Assembly: GCA_964506905.1 (NCBI GenBank)
Contig: CAZDNW010000044.1
Location: forward strand, 1 to 47,302
Origin: an uncultured Candidatus Saccharibacteria bacterium
GTDB taxonomy: Bacteria > Patescibacteriota > WWE3 > 2-01-FULL-39-13
DNA length: 47,302 bases
Direction: 5' to 3'
Shown: one piece after another, positions 35,384 to 45,097 of the stretch
How the letters are laid out: each line of letters opens with the position of its first letter
How positions within the stretch are numbered: the stretch's first letter is position 1
Position numbers and translations under genes: made by a program
Notes under the pieces: model-generated
Databases searched by the model: none
Told to the model about the DNA's origin: nothing
The model's input: the letters and a program-made list of their open reading frames with translations, nothing else

Positions 35384-36430
35384 TTACTTAAACTCCCCAA
35401 TTAAAAATATTTCTGGTTTTAATTTAATATCCAATTCTTCTTTTGCTTTTTGTTGTACCAGTTTAATTAAATCATATACATCTTTAGCCTTTGCTGTATT
35501 ATCTGTAACTATAAAATTCGCGTGGTTTTCATATATTTTTGCACCACCTATTTTATAACCTTTTAAATTTAATTTTGCATCAATTATATATCCTGCTGAC
35601 AAATTTTTTAAACCTGCTTTATCTCTTTCTTCTTCTGTTATATTTGAAAATGTTGATCCTGCAGAATTAAACGGCTGTATCGATTTTCTTTTTTTCCATT
35701 CGTTGTATGTGTATAAAGCTTTTTGGGAATTCCCCTCATATAGCCCTAATTCCACTTCTAAAATACACCCGTTAATTTTTTGAAATATTGATTGGTTATA
35801 TCCAAAATTCAATTCGTTATGTGATAATGTTATGACTTCCCCATAATTATCTATATATTTTACTTTTTCTATATACTCACTAAACAATCTGTTAGCACCA
35901 TGAATATTATTATAAACCGCCCCACCTATCGTGCCCGGAATTCTGGAAAACCATTGCAACCCAACAGAATTATTTTTTATTGTTTGCAATATCAATTTTT
36001 GTAAATTTGTACCAGACGAAATCTTATAAAGATGTTTTTGTGTAGTTCTATCGTTATAATCTAAATCGTTAAATTTTATAAAGCCTTTTTTAAAATGCGT
36101 TTCTTGTTTTCTTGTATTTTTATCGTCGTAAATTTGGCCTTTGTATTTTCTTTCGAATTTAATGTTTTCTATATTATTTTTTATTGTGATTCCTCTTATC
36201 CCTTTATCACTAATTAAAATATTTGTTCCATCACCTAAAATAAATACTGGTATATTTTCTTTTTGGGAAGTTCTATATATTTTTATTAAATCATCTTGAG
36301 TTTGTGGGATACAAAATAAATCTGCATTTCCCCCAACACCTAGTGATGTGTGACGATTCAACGGATAATTTTCATATATTTTTATTGTAGTAGTTTTAGA
36401 TAAAATGCTTTTAATTTGATTCAAATTCAT
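35384..36430 (-). CDS. murB: UDP-N-acetylenolpyruvoylglucosamine reductase
   Basis: NRHTSLGVGGNADLF, ILGDGTNILISDKGIRG, RIPGTIGGAVYNNIHG, and SAGSTFSN..AGYIID. Confidence 0.9.
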   Translation of the reverse strand: MNLNQIKSILSKTTTIKIYENYPLNRHTSLGVGGNADLFCIPQTQDDLIKIYRTSQKENIPVFILGDGTNILISDKGIRGITIKNNIENIKFERKYKGQIYDDKNTRKQETHFKKGFIKFNDLDYNDRTTQKHLYKISSGTNLQKLILQTIKNNSVGLQWFSRIPGTIGGAVYNNIHGANRLFSEYIEKVKYIDNYGEVITLSHNELNFGYNQSIFQKINGCILEVELGLYEGNSQKALYTYNEWKKRKSIQPFNSAGSTFSNITEEERDKAGLKNLSAGYIIDAKLNLKGYKIGGAKIYENHANFIVTDNTAKAKDVYDLIKLVQQKAKEELDIKLKPEIFLIGEFK

Positions 36431-36433
36431 TAT

Positions 36434-37741
36434 TTATAACAATTCAATATTTACACCAAGTGACTTATAAACCTCATATATATTTGGGTACCTTCTTTTT
36501 AACACTTCAGTACCGTGTAAAACTGTTTCAACAGGGTCACAAAGTGATGCTAGAAACACAGCCTTACACGCTTGAATTATAGCTGGTGTATAAATTTCAC
36601 TCTTTTTGAATTTGGTTGGACCTGTAACAATAACTTTTTGTGGATCACACATCATAATATTTGCTCCCATTTTGTTAAGTTCTCTTATAAAATCTAAACC
36701 TGTTTCGTACATCCAGTTTTGAATTAAGATTTGCCCCTTAGTTCTTGTTGCAAGCGTTACAACAGGAGGTAAACAATCAACAGGAAACCCAGGCCAAGGT
36801 CTTGGTGAAAATTTTGGTAATGTTGCTGTTGCCATTGGAAACCCAGATTTAATGGGATCTATTTTTAATTCACCTTTTTTACTAACAACTAGGTCGTTAC
36901 CTTCTTCCTTTATATCAATGTTAAATTTTCTAAACCAGTTTACAAAACCGCCAACCACTTCGAAAACATTAGCGCCTTTTATTCTTATGTTACCGTTTGT
37001 AATTGCACTAGCTACTATCAGACCAGCAATGTCAACAAAATCGGGTAACGGTGTGTAGTCTGCAGATTTTAACGACTGATTTCCACTTATATTAATAACA
37101 TTAGCACCAATACCACTAATTTTTGCTCCCATAGAATTTAACAATTCTAACAATTGCGTAACATGAGGTTCACTTGCAGCATCTATTAAAGTATATGCGG
37201 AATTTGTACCGGCAGCATAAAGAGCAAAATTTTCTGTTGCAGTAACACTGGCTTCTGATTGCCATATTTTATATTCTTTTTCTAATTTTTTGGGTGCTGT
37301 AAATGTAACATAATTTTCGCCATAGTCGGTTGTTACCCCAACTTTTGAAAACACATCAATATGTGCAGATATTGACCTTTTACCCAAAACACACCCACCC
37401 GGTAACGGAATTTCAGCTTTACCAAACCTAGCAAGCAAAGGCCCTGCAAACATTATTGAGGCACGAACTCTAATTCCTAAATCATGATCTACTTTTGTCG
37501 ATTTAACATTTTTGCAATTAATTGTTAGGTTATTAAAATCTGTTTTGTCTATTTTTGCTCCTAATTTTTCTAGTATTTCTAACAGAATATTAACATCGGT
37601 TGTATCTGGAACATTATGGTATGTAACAGCTTTTTCTGTAAGTATAGAAGCAGGTAATGCCGATAAAATAGCGTTTTTGTTTGGTATAGGTGTAACCTCA
37701 CCAATAAGTGGGTTTCCACCAATTATTTTTATGGTATCCAT
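36434..37741 (-). CDS. murA: UDP-N-acetylglucosamine 1-carboxyvinyltransferase
   Basis: IIGGNPLIGEVTPIPNKNAIL, active-site loop LPGGCVLGKRSISAHID (Cys present), and GFPVDCLPP. Confidence 0.94.
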   Translation of the reverse strand: MDTIKIIGGNPLIGEVTPIPNKNAILSALPASILTEKAVTYHNVPDTTDVNILLEILEKLGAKIDKTDFNNLTINCKNVKSTKVDHDLGIRVRASIMFAGPLLARFGKAEIPLPGGCVLGKRSISAHIDVFSKVGVTTDYGENYVTFTAPKKLEKEYKIWQSEASVTATENFALYAAGTNSAYTLIDAASEPHVTQLLELLNSMGAKISGIGANVINISGNQSLKSADYTPLPDFVDIAGLIVASAITNGNIRIKGANVFEVVGGFVNWFRKFNIDIKEEGNDLVVSKKGELKIDPIKSGFPMATATLPKFSPRPWPGFPVDCLPPVVTLATRTKGQILIQNWMYETGLDFIRELNKMGANIMMCDPQKVIVTGPTKFKKSEIYTPAIIQACKAVFLASLCDPVETVLHGTEVLKRRYPNIYEVYKSLGVNIELL

Positions 37742-37795
37742 TTAAATATTGTAACGAATAAGTGTGGATTTGTATCACAAGATCTATAATCTCTT

Positions 37796-38683
37796 TTATT
37801 TTTTATTTCTAAATTTTCTCATAAATATAACCAATAAAGGAGAAGCTACAAATGTTGATGAATAAGTTCCTGCTATAGTTCCAACTAATAATGCAACAAC
37901 AAACCATCTAATAGTTACACCACCAAGTAGAGCTAAAGTTGTTAACACAAAAATTATTGTTAAAGAATTGTTTAATGATCTTGGCAATGTTTCTGTAACA
38001 GCTTTATCTACAATTTGTTCAAAACTTAAAGGTACTCCTCGCTTTAAAGATTCTCTTATTCTATCAAACACGACAATCGTATCGTGAACACTGAAACTTA
38101 AAGTCGTAAGTAGTGCAGTAACAAATAACACATCGACTTCCACATTATAAAAATGTCCCAACAATGAAAATGTTCCAAGCAAAATTATTGTATCGTGAAA
38201 CATTGCAAGTATTGCAGAAATCCCATACATTTTATCTTTAAACTGATGTGCAACATATAAAAGTATAGCCATCGAAGCTAGTAAAACCGACACACCTGTT
38301 TTCATTAATAATTCTTTTCCAAGAGTTGGACCTACCGTTTCAAATCTTAATTCTGTGATGTTGCTACCATAATCTTCTTTTACCTTATCTAATATCTCGT
38401 TTTTCTTCGGCTCATCAATGTAATTCATTTTAATTATGTAATTGTTTTCATTTGTAACGGTTTGAATTGCATATACATCTATATTTTCTATCTGGTTAAT
38501 ATTTTCTGTTAGTTTATCTGTATCTACTTGCTTATCTGTATCTATGTGGACTTCAAGCAATGCTCCACCTGTGAAATCTATTGCTGGTTTTAATCCAAAT
38601 AATGCTAGAGAAATTAGTGAAACAGTAACAAGTATTGCCGATATTCCTAAATATACATATTTATATTTCATAAAATGAATCAT
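37796..38683 (-). CDS. secF: Protein-export membrane protein SecF
   Basis: IDFTGGALLEV, FETVGPTLGKEL, and FSVHDTIVVFDRIRE. Overlaps the secD stop by 4 nt. Confidence 0.93.
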   Translation of the reverse strand: MIHFMKYKYVYLGISAILVTVSLISLALFGLKPAIDFTGGALLEVHIDTDKQVDTDKLTENINQIENIDVYAIQTVTNENNYIIKMNYIDEPKKNEILDKVKEDYGSNITELRFETVGPTLGKELLMKTGVSVLLASMAILLYVAHQFKDKMYGISAILAMFHDTIILLGTFSLLGHFYNVEVDVLFVTALLTTLSFSVHDTIVVFDRIRESLKRGVPLSFEQIVDKAVTETLPRSLNNSLTIIFVLTTLALLGGVTIRWFVVALLVGTIAGTYSSTFVASPLLVIFMRKFRNKK

Positions 38684-40272
38684 TTTTTATCCTCCTTACC
38701 TTTTCTAAAAAATTTACTCTTTGATTTTGTTGAATTCTTTTGTTTGTTTTCTTTTTTGATTGATTTCTCTAAGCTTGTTTTCTTATGTTTTTTTGGTTTC
38801 TTATAGAAAACTCTAACTAAGTTTCTTGTAATAATTACACCTGTAAAAAGACTAATAAATATACCCAAACTCAATGTTAATGCAAAACCTCTTACTGGTC
38901 CTGATTGTGGTAAAAAGCTCCAATTGAATGGGTTAAATAATATAAATGCCGTTATTAAGGTTGCGACATTTGCATCTCTGATTGAATCCCATGATCTACC
39001 AAAACCATTTTCAAACGCAATATCTCTTGGTTTTCCTTCTCTTAATTCTTCTTTTATTCTCTCAAATATAAGAATATTGGCATCAACAGCCATACCAATT
39101 GATAACACAAACCCTGCAAGTCCAGGCAAAGTTAAAACAACTGGTATAAATTTGTATAATGCAAGCGTAATAATTCCATATATTACAAGGGAAATACTAG
39201 CAAACACACCTAACCAACCGTAATATGCAATCATAAACAAAACTACTAGCGCTAAGCCGATTCCACCTGCAATTAAACTTTTATTAACAGATTCTTGGCC
39301 TAATGTTGGCCCAACAGTTCGCTGTTCTAAAACTTCAACAGGAACTGGTAAGGCACCAGCATTTAATTGTGTTGCAATGTTTTTTGCTTCATCTACTGTA
39401 AATTGCCCTGTTATTACAGCCTGTCCGTTAGAAATAACAGAATTTACTGTAGGAGCCATTAACATCTGTTCATCTAAAAAGATAGCAATTCGTTTATTTA
39501 AGTTTTCTTCTGTTAGTGTTTTGAATTTTTTAGCCCCTTCTGCACTAAATTGAAGTTGTATTTCTGGTTGACCTGTTTGAGGATTTAAAACGACAGATGC
39601 TTTTCTTAAATCCGCACCTGTTAAATCACTTGATTTCCAATCCGGGATTTCTATGTATCTTTGTTGCGGAATATCTTTTAGTTCTTCTTCTGATTTACCT
39701 TCTTCTACTGCTTTTTGGTATTCTTCTAATGCTTTTTTATTTGCTTCTTCAAAATCTGCTGGTTTTTCATATAAAAATTTTGTGTCTTTTGTATCGTAAT
39801 AAATTGTTGGCGCTTCAGTTTTAAATTCTAATTGAGCAACTTGTCCAATAACATCAAGTGCCTTAGTAGTATCAAAAACACCTGCTAACTCAACAATTAT
39901 TCTGTACTCATCACCAACTTTTGATGTTTGTACATTTGACTCTGAAATTCCTAATAAATTAACTCTTTTTTCAATTACATCTCTTAAAGACTTTAACGCT
40001 TCTTCTCTGTCTTCTTCTGGAATTTTAGACATATCTGCCTTTAATAAGACACTAACACCACCCGCAATATCTAATCCCTGTTTTAATTCCAAATCACGAT
40101 GTATTCTTCCGCCAAATAAATTGATATCATACCCACCTATCGTTGTATCTATATTTATATTTTTATAATGAATCTTTACAGGAGTTTTTGGCATTGCAAT
40201 TGCAACACCTATCATTGTTATCAAAAATACCAAAAATAATGTAAACCTAGGATTTTTAAAAGGGTTTCTCAT
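38680..40272 (-). CDS. secD: Protein-export membrane protein SecD (Lys-rich C-terminal tail)
   Basis: LKQGLDIAGGVSVLL, RTVGPTLGQESV, and GMAVDANILIFERIKEE. Confidence 0.93.
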   Translation of the reverse strand: MRNPFKNPRFTLFLVFLITMIGVAIAMPKTPVKIHYKNINIDTTIGGYDINLFGGRIHRDLELKQGLDIAGGVSVLLKADMSKIPEEDREEALKSLRDVIEKRVNLLGISESNVQTSKVGDEYRIIVELAGVFDTTKALDVIGQVAQLEFKTEAPTIYYDTKDTKFLYEKPADFEEANKKALEEYQKAVEEGKSEEELKDIPQQRYIEIPDWKSSDLTGADLRKASVVLNPQTGQPEIQLQFSAEGAKKFKTLTEENLNKRIAIFLDEQMLMAPTVNSVISNGQAVITGQFTVDEAKNIATQLNAGALPVPVEVLEQRTVGPTLGQESVNKSLIAGGIGLALVVLFMIAYYGWLGVFASISLVIYGIITLALYKFIPVVLTLPGLAGFVLSIGMAVDANILIFERIKEELREGKPRDIAFENGFGRSWDSIRDANVATLITAFILFNPFNWSFLPQSGPVRGFALTLSLGIFISLFTGVIITRNLVRVFYKKPKKHKKTSLEKSIKKENKQKNSTKSKSKFFRKGKEDKK

Positions 40273-40336
40273 AAATATCTTTTAACAATTACACAACTTA
40301 AGGCAAATAACCTTTATCGTTGATGTTACTCTAGCA

Positions 40337-40921
40337 TTATGCAAACGACAAGTATTTTTCTGGATCACCAACAAGCAATATATGTGGTGATGCTATAAAT
40401 GATAATAGGAATATGTCTCGTCTGCTTTTTAGATAATTAAATTCCTCTTCACCTAAAACTGTATAATTTATTTCTCTACCCATTTCTATACTTGCCTCTC
40501 TAACTACTTGAGCTAATGCATCAAGATTAACTTCTCCTATTATAAGTAAATCTAATTCGTTTTGTGATGATTGTCTGCCTTCTGCAAACGCGGTTGAAAG
40601 AACTGCTAATTTTAATTTACCTACCTTGTTTTGGTTATCCAATATTTTTCTTCCGATGCCTTTTTCCTTAGCAACCATTGAAACTAATTCATAATAAAAT
40701 GGGTGATCTTTTCTTACTAGATAATACAAACGATTTCCTCGTTTTTCTTTTTTAACTAACCCTGCTTTTACAAATCTTTTTAATTCGCGTCTAACTGCAT
40801 TGATTTCAGTATCAACTCGGCGAGTTAGTTCACGAACATATAAATGCTGTTTTGTTTCAGAATAAAGCTCTATTAATATTCTAATTCTTACTTCTGAAGT
40901 TATTATGCTTTCTAAAAACAT
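40337..40921 (-). CDS. Winged-helix (ArsR/MarR-like) transcriptional regulator with uncharacterised C-terminal domain
   Basis: RIRILIELYSETKQHLYVRELTRRVDTEINAVRRELKRFVKAGLVKKEKRGNRLYY fits an HTH plus wing pattern. Confidence 0.5.
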   Translation of the reverse strand: MFLESIITSEVRIRILIELYSETKQHLYVRELTRRVDTEINAVRRELKRFVKAGLVKKEKRGNRLYYLVRKDHPFYYELVSMVAKEKGIGRKILDNQNKVGKLKLAVLSTAFAEGRQSSQNELDLLIIGEVNLDALAQVVREASIEMGREINYTVLGEEEFNYLKSRRDIFLLSFIASPHILLVGDPEKYLSFA

Positions 40922-40966
40922 ATTACTATTTTGAATTAAACAAATGGTTAATTAGCAACCAATGGT

Positions 40967-43015
40967 TTAATTCTGTTGGGCTTCTTTCTGAGCAGGTTCA
41001 CTATTTTGACTATTATTTGCTTCGTTTGTTGTTTCAGTTTGTTTTCCTGTATCATCTTTTATTTCTAAACTAGGCTGTTTCGGTTCATACGTAATTGGAT
41101 TTCCAGTCGGTACTAATTGTATCCAAATTTGCCCTCTATTAAAAGCAATTTGATTTCCGTTTTCGTCAGTATAAACATCTCTATCTTCGTGTGTACCTCT
41201 TGTCCACTTACCTTTTATAACTTTACCGTCTTGAAACACTAACGCGTCTCCGCTTCCAACTATTTTATGGTATAAATGATTCTTTTTATCACCTACAGGT
41301 GATTGTTCTGTAAATCTTATAACAATTACCTTTGCTCTAAGTTCTTCACCGTTAGCAGCATCTACTTGTTTAACTTTACCTTGATATCTAATGTAATTAT
41401 TTTGATCTTTATCATATTTCCAATCTACTGCAAAAGCTGCTGGGGTTTGCCAATAGTAATACGAAATCATTGGATCAATTCCTATATCGCCTCTTTCTTC
41501 TATTGGTGCATCATCTTTAAATTTCCATTCTACAATTGGAACATATTTATGCCACGAGGCATCTGGACGAATTTCTTTTGCAAGTTCTAATGCTAATGGG
41601 ACTCTAACAAAACCAGTATGCTCAATTGGATAACCTTGTTTTATTCTTTCTGTATCTCTACCAAACGCACAAGATGGTGCATCATCAGTACATGCATAAT
41701 TTCCACCATCTAAATTTGGCAATCCTAGTTCAACAATTCTATCGTATGCATCAACTTTTGGATTGGTTTCAACTTTACCATTTACTGGTGGGCAATAGTT
41801 AGGATTGTCATGTGGCAATTTTTGACATGCGGGAACATGCGCACCACCCCAATGGAAATAGTGTGCTTTGTAACCTGATGCAAGTTCAGCAAAATAATAT
41901 CTTGCAGAACGAACCGACTCTACTAATTCAGGTATTTGTGAATGATAAATTGGCATCAATCTTGTGATTCCACCTTCTGCAACTGCTTCGTATATAACAT
42001 CGGCTTTTGATAAACCATAGCTTGGTCTTGCTTGCTCAAAATTATTTACCATTATTGCAATTGGTTTTTTATCTTTAAATTTAGCTGCTTCTTCGTTTGA
42101 AAAATAAACACCGTTTATAGGATTTTCGTAATCTCTAGATGTGTTTGGCGTTGCGTTATCAACTTGTTCTTCTTGTTTTTGCTCTTCTGGGTAAGGTGTT
42201 ATGTAATCATTTGCTTTAATGTAATATTCATATACAAGTACACCTATTAATGCAAAGATTGCTAATCCAAGAAGTATTAATAACTTTTTATTAAACTTCT
42301 TTTCAGTAGGGTCTTTAGGCGGATTGTTTGAAAGATTAACAACTGCTCCACTTGATTCTGCAGCTTTTTCGTTGCTGGTTTTATCTGTTTCTTTTTTGGT
42401 TGCGTCAACTTTTGTTTCTGTGGAATTTAATATTGGCTTATTTAAATCAACAGGTTCATCGGTTGGTGCACTTGTAGAATCAGAATGGTTTTGTGTATTG
42501 TCAGATTGTTGTTTTTTATTTGATGTTTCTTCTGATACAGGTGTTTGTGTGTTATCCTTTGTTTCTTGAGATTTTGATGTGCTTGCAACTGTACCAACTG
42601 TACCAGCGGACATAACTTTTGCTGTGTCATCTGGTGATTGATTATTTATTGTTGACACTTCTTTTTCAATATCTTCATTAAGCCACAATGATGTAACTTT
42701 TTCTCTATTTGCTTGAGAAACTTCATCGTCTGTAGGTTTTATTACAAATTCACTTGATTGAGGCGGTACGCTTGCATCGGTTGGTTGTTCTGTAATCGTT
42801 GTAGTTTTTTTTGTAGGTTCAGTACTTTTTGGTGCTTTATTGGTAGCACTTTTAGTAGCTTTTGTACTTTTTGTTGTTTTTCGTGTTTTAGAATTAGACT
42901 TTTTACTGGTTGATTTTGCACCAGTTTTAGTTGCGGTAGTCTTTTTTTCTTTCTTTTTGGTATCTTTGCTAGTTGAAGTTGCCATTGGGTATATTTTATA
43001 ATCAAAAGCAGTCAT
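40967..43015 (-). CDS. Single-pass membrane protein: ~240-aa Lys/Thr/Ser-rich N-terminal tail, TM helix, C-terminal DUF3048 (YerB-like) domain
   Basis: PIAIMVNNFEQARPSYGLSKADVIYEAVAEGGITRLMPIY resembles the DUF3048 core as I recall it. The TM helix is LLILLGLAIFALIGVLVY. The true start may be M11 (42985). Confidence 0.6.
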   Translation of the reverse strand: MTAFDYKIYPMATSTSKDTKKKEKKTTATKTGAKSTSKKSNSKTRKTTKSTKATKSATNKAPKSTEPTKKTTTITEQPTDASVPPQSSEFVIKPTDDEVSQANREKVTSLWLNEDIEKEVSTINNQSPDDTAKVMSAGTVGTVASTSKSQETKDNTQTPVSEETSNKKQQSDNTQNHSDSTSAPTDEPVDLNKPILNSTETKVDATKKETDKTSNEKAAESSGAVVNLSNNPPKDPTEKKFNKKLLILLGLAIFALIGVLVYEYYIKANDYITPYPEEQKQEEQVDNATPNTSRDYENPINGVYFSNEEAAKFKDKKPIAIMVNNFEQARPSYGLSKADVIYEAVAEGGITRLMPIYHSQIPELVESVRSARYYFAELASGYKAHYFHWGGAHVPACQKLPHDNPNYCPPVNGKVETNPKVDAYDRIVELGLPNLDGGNYACTDDAPSCAFGRDTERIKQGYPIEHTGFVRVPLALELAKEIRPDASWHKYVPIVEWKFKDDAPIEERGDIGIDPMISYYYWQTPAAFAVDWKYDKDQNNYIRYQGKVKQVDAANGEELRAKVIVIRFTEQSPVGDKKNHLYHKIVGSGDALVFQDGKVIKGKWTRGTHEDRDVYTDENGNQIAFNRGQIWIQLVPTGNPITYEPKQPSLEIKDDTGKQTETTNEANNSQNSEPAQKEAQQN

Positions 43016-43324
43016 ATGTCAAAGAAGAATAAATCAAAAACCAAACAACTTGAAAGAAGAAAAAAAGAGATATTAAAAGCTCAACAGGTTAGTGGCGTGG
43101 ATATAGCACAAACTTCTACTTCTGTTGAGAACAAACAAGAGAATTCCGCACCTAAAAGTACTAGTGTAAAAACTAAAACTAATGTTTCTGAAATCGATAA
43201 AAAAGAAAATTTGAATGATAAGTTAATAAAACGTGATTTATATAAAACTTTTGGATTAACAATACTTGCATTTTTAATTATTTTTTTAGTTTGGAAATTT
43301 GGCAGTAATTATTTGCCAATTTAA
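43016..43324 (+). CDS. Hypothetical tail-anchored membrane protein (Lys/Ser-rich N-terminus, C-terminal TM)
   Basis: 102-aa ORF. Its composition matches the neighbouring gene's tail. C-terminal TM helix is FGLTILAFLIIFLVW. No family recognised. Confidence 0.4.
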   Translation: MSKKNKSKTKQLERRKKEILKAQQVSGVDIAQTSTSVENKQENSAPKSTSVKTKTNVSEIDKKENLNDKLIKRDLYKTFGLTILAFLIIFLVWKFGSNYLPI

Positions 43325-43431
43325 AATTGTCGACTCTTGCTGGGTTTGGTAACATTGTTGAGGTATTATTTCTATTTTCGGTCGGTAAATAGCTTCATAA
43401 ATATTACTTTTATTACAATTCTTTAGTTAGG

Positions 43432-45024
43432 TTAATATATTTGAAACTGTTCGTCTTTGTTTTTGGGTCTGAATTTTATTGCCGTTTCTACATGTTTTTG
43501 ATTAACTACTGAATCAGATCGCAATCCAGAATTGTTTTGTAAGTCTGCAATTGTTTGTGAAATTTTTATTAGTTTATGGTAAGACCTCATTGAAAAATTA
43601 GTTTTGGCCATATGTTTAAGAAGTAACTGTTTAGCTTTTGGCGTAATTTTAATGTAAGTTTCAATTTGTTTTGGTGATAATGAACCATTATATTGCAGGT
43701 TTTCTGGCAGGTTTTTGTATCTTTTTTGTTGAATTTTTCTTGCTTTTTCTACGAGTTTTTTCATGGTTTCACTTGTAAAATTTTTATGTGGAATTTTAAC
43801 AATATCTGCAATAGAAATATTTTCTACAATAACATGTAAATCAATACGATCTAATATTGGACCGCTTAATTTTTCTTGGTATCGTTTAATTTGATTTGGC
43901 AAACAAACACATTCTTTGTGTGGGTTATAAAGATTTCCACAAGGACAAGGGTTTGAAGCTAAAATTAGTAAAAAATCAGCAGGAAATGTAATTTTTTGTG
44001 AAATTCTACTAATTGTTACTTTTTTATCTTCTAAAGGTTGCCTTAAAGATTCAATAATATCTCTTGATAGTTCTGGAAACTCGTCTAAAAATAATACACC
44101 ATGTGTTGCTAATGTTATTTCTCCTGGTTTTATTGGGTTTCCTCCTCCTAATAGGGCTGATTTGCTGAGTGTGTGGTGTGGTGATCTTATTGGTGGAATT
44201 CTTTTTAATATTTTTTCAAAATTTAAATTTGCCACCGAATATATTTTTGAAAGTTGGATTAGTTGGGGTTGGGTGAGGGGCGGCAGGATTGTTGGTAAGG
44301 TTTTTGCTAGCATACTTTTTCCTGTTCCTGGAGATCCAATTAATGAGATATGATGCAATCCTGCCGCCCCTATAACCATCGCTAATTTTGCAGTTTCTTG
44401 CCCTTTTATATCCTCAAAACGAGTATCACTTAACGCATTATTTTGGGTTGATATTTTTAAAGATTTTCTATAACTATCTGATAAACTTTTGAATTCCTCA
44501 TAAAAATCTTTTGAAAAGTTATTGATTTTATAAACACAATCTTTTAACGACTTAACAAGAATTAAATTTGTATTTTTAATTTGCGAAACCTCTTGATAAT
44601 TATCGTAGGGTATAAAAATTTGTTGGTTTGTATCGTCAATTGAATGCACAATTGGAAAGATTCCTGATACTTTCTTTACATCTCCGTTTAACGAAAGTTC
44701 ACCAACTAAAAATAAATTTGTTTGATTTTGCTTAATTTGATTAGTAGCAAGCAAGATACCTATTGCTATTGGTAAATCGTAAAGCGAACCTTTTTTGGGG
44801 ATATCTGCAGGTGAAAGATTTACTGTTATTCTACCTTCTGGAAATTTAAATTTAGAATTTTTAATTGCTGATCTTACTCTCTCTTTTGCCTCTTCTACTT
44901 CACGAGAAGCCAACCCTACAATTGTAAATCTTGGTAATGATGTTTTATCTAAATGAATTTCTATACTAATATTTTGAGAATTAATACCTAAAATTGCCCC
45001 ACTATTTACTTTGGAAAAAGACAT
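43432..45024 (-). CDS. comM: ComM/YifB-family Mg-chelatase-like AAA+ ATPase
   Basis: N-terminal Lon-protease-like region (LPIAIGIL). Walker A LIGSPGTGKSMLA, Walker B VLFLDEFPE, and a Cys-rich CPCGN..CVC motif. Confidence 0.9.
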   Translation of the reverse strand: MSFSKVNSGAILGINSQNISIEIHLDKTSLPRFTIVGLASREVEEAKERVRSAIKNSKFKFPEGRITVNLSPADIPKKGSLYDLPIAIGILLATNQIKQNQTNLFLVGELSLNGDVKKVSGIFPIVHSIDDTNQQIFIPYDNYQEVSQIKNTNLILVKSLKDCVYKINNFSKDFYEEFKSLSDSYRKSLKISTQNNALSDTRFEDIKGQETAKLAMVIGAAGLHHISLIGSPGTGKSMLAKTLPTILPPLTQPQLIQLSKIYSVANLNFEKILKRIPPIRSPHHTLSKSALLGGGNPIKPGEITLATHGVLFLDEFPELSRDIIESLRQPLEDKKVTISRISQKITFPADFLLILASNPCPCGNLYNPHKECVCLPNQIKRYQEKLSGPILDRIDLHVIVENISIADIVKIPHKNFTSETMKKLVEKARKIQQKRYKNLPENLQYNGSLSPKQIETYIKITPKAKQLLLKHMAKTNFSMRSYHKLIKISQTIADLQNNSGLRSDSVVNQKHVETAIKFRPKNKDEQFQIY

Positions 45025-45097
45025 ACAGATAAGTTATCAAAATAAGATTAAATTTAATTTAATGATTTATAGCAAAAGGATAACGAGCTTTTAAATT

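Noticed and set aside
42442-43005. Same-strand alternative-frame ORFs (42442-42630 and 42742-43005) inside the DUF3048 gene
   Set aside because: They fall in the A-rich low-complexity tail, where all frames stay open. Their products are K/Q/L repeats with no start context. The long frame continues into a recognisable domain.
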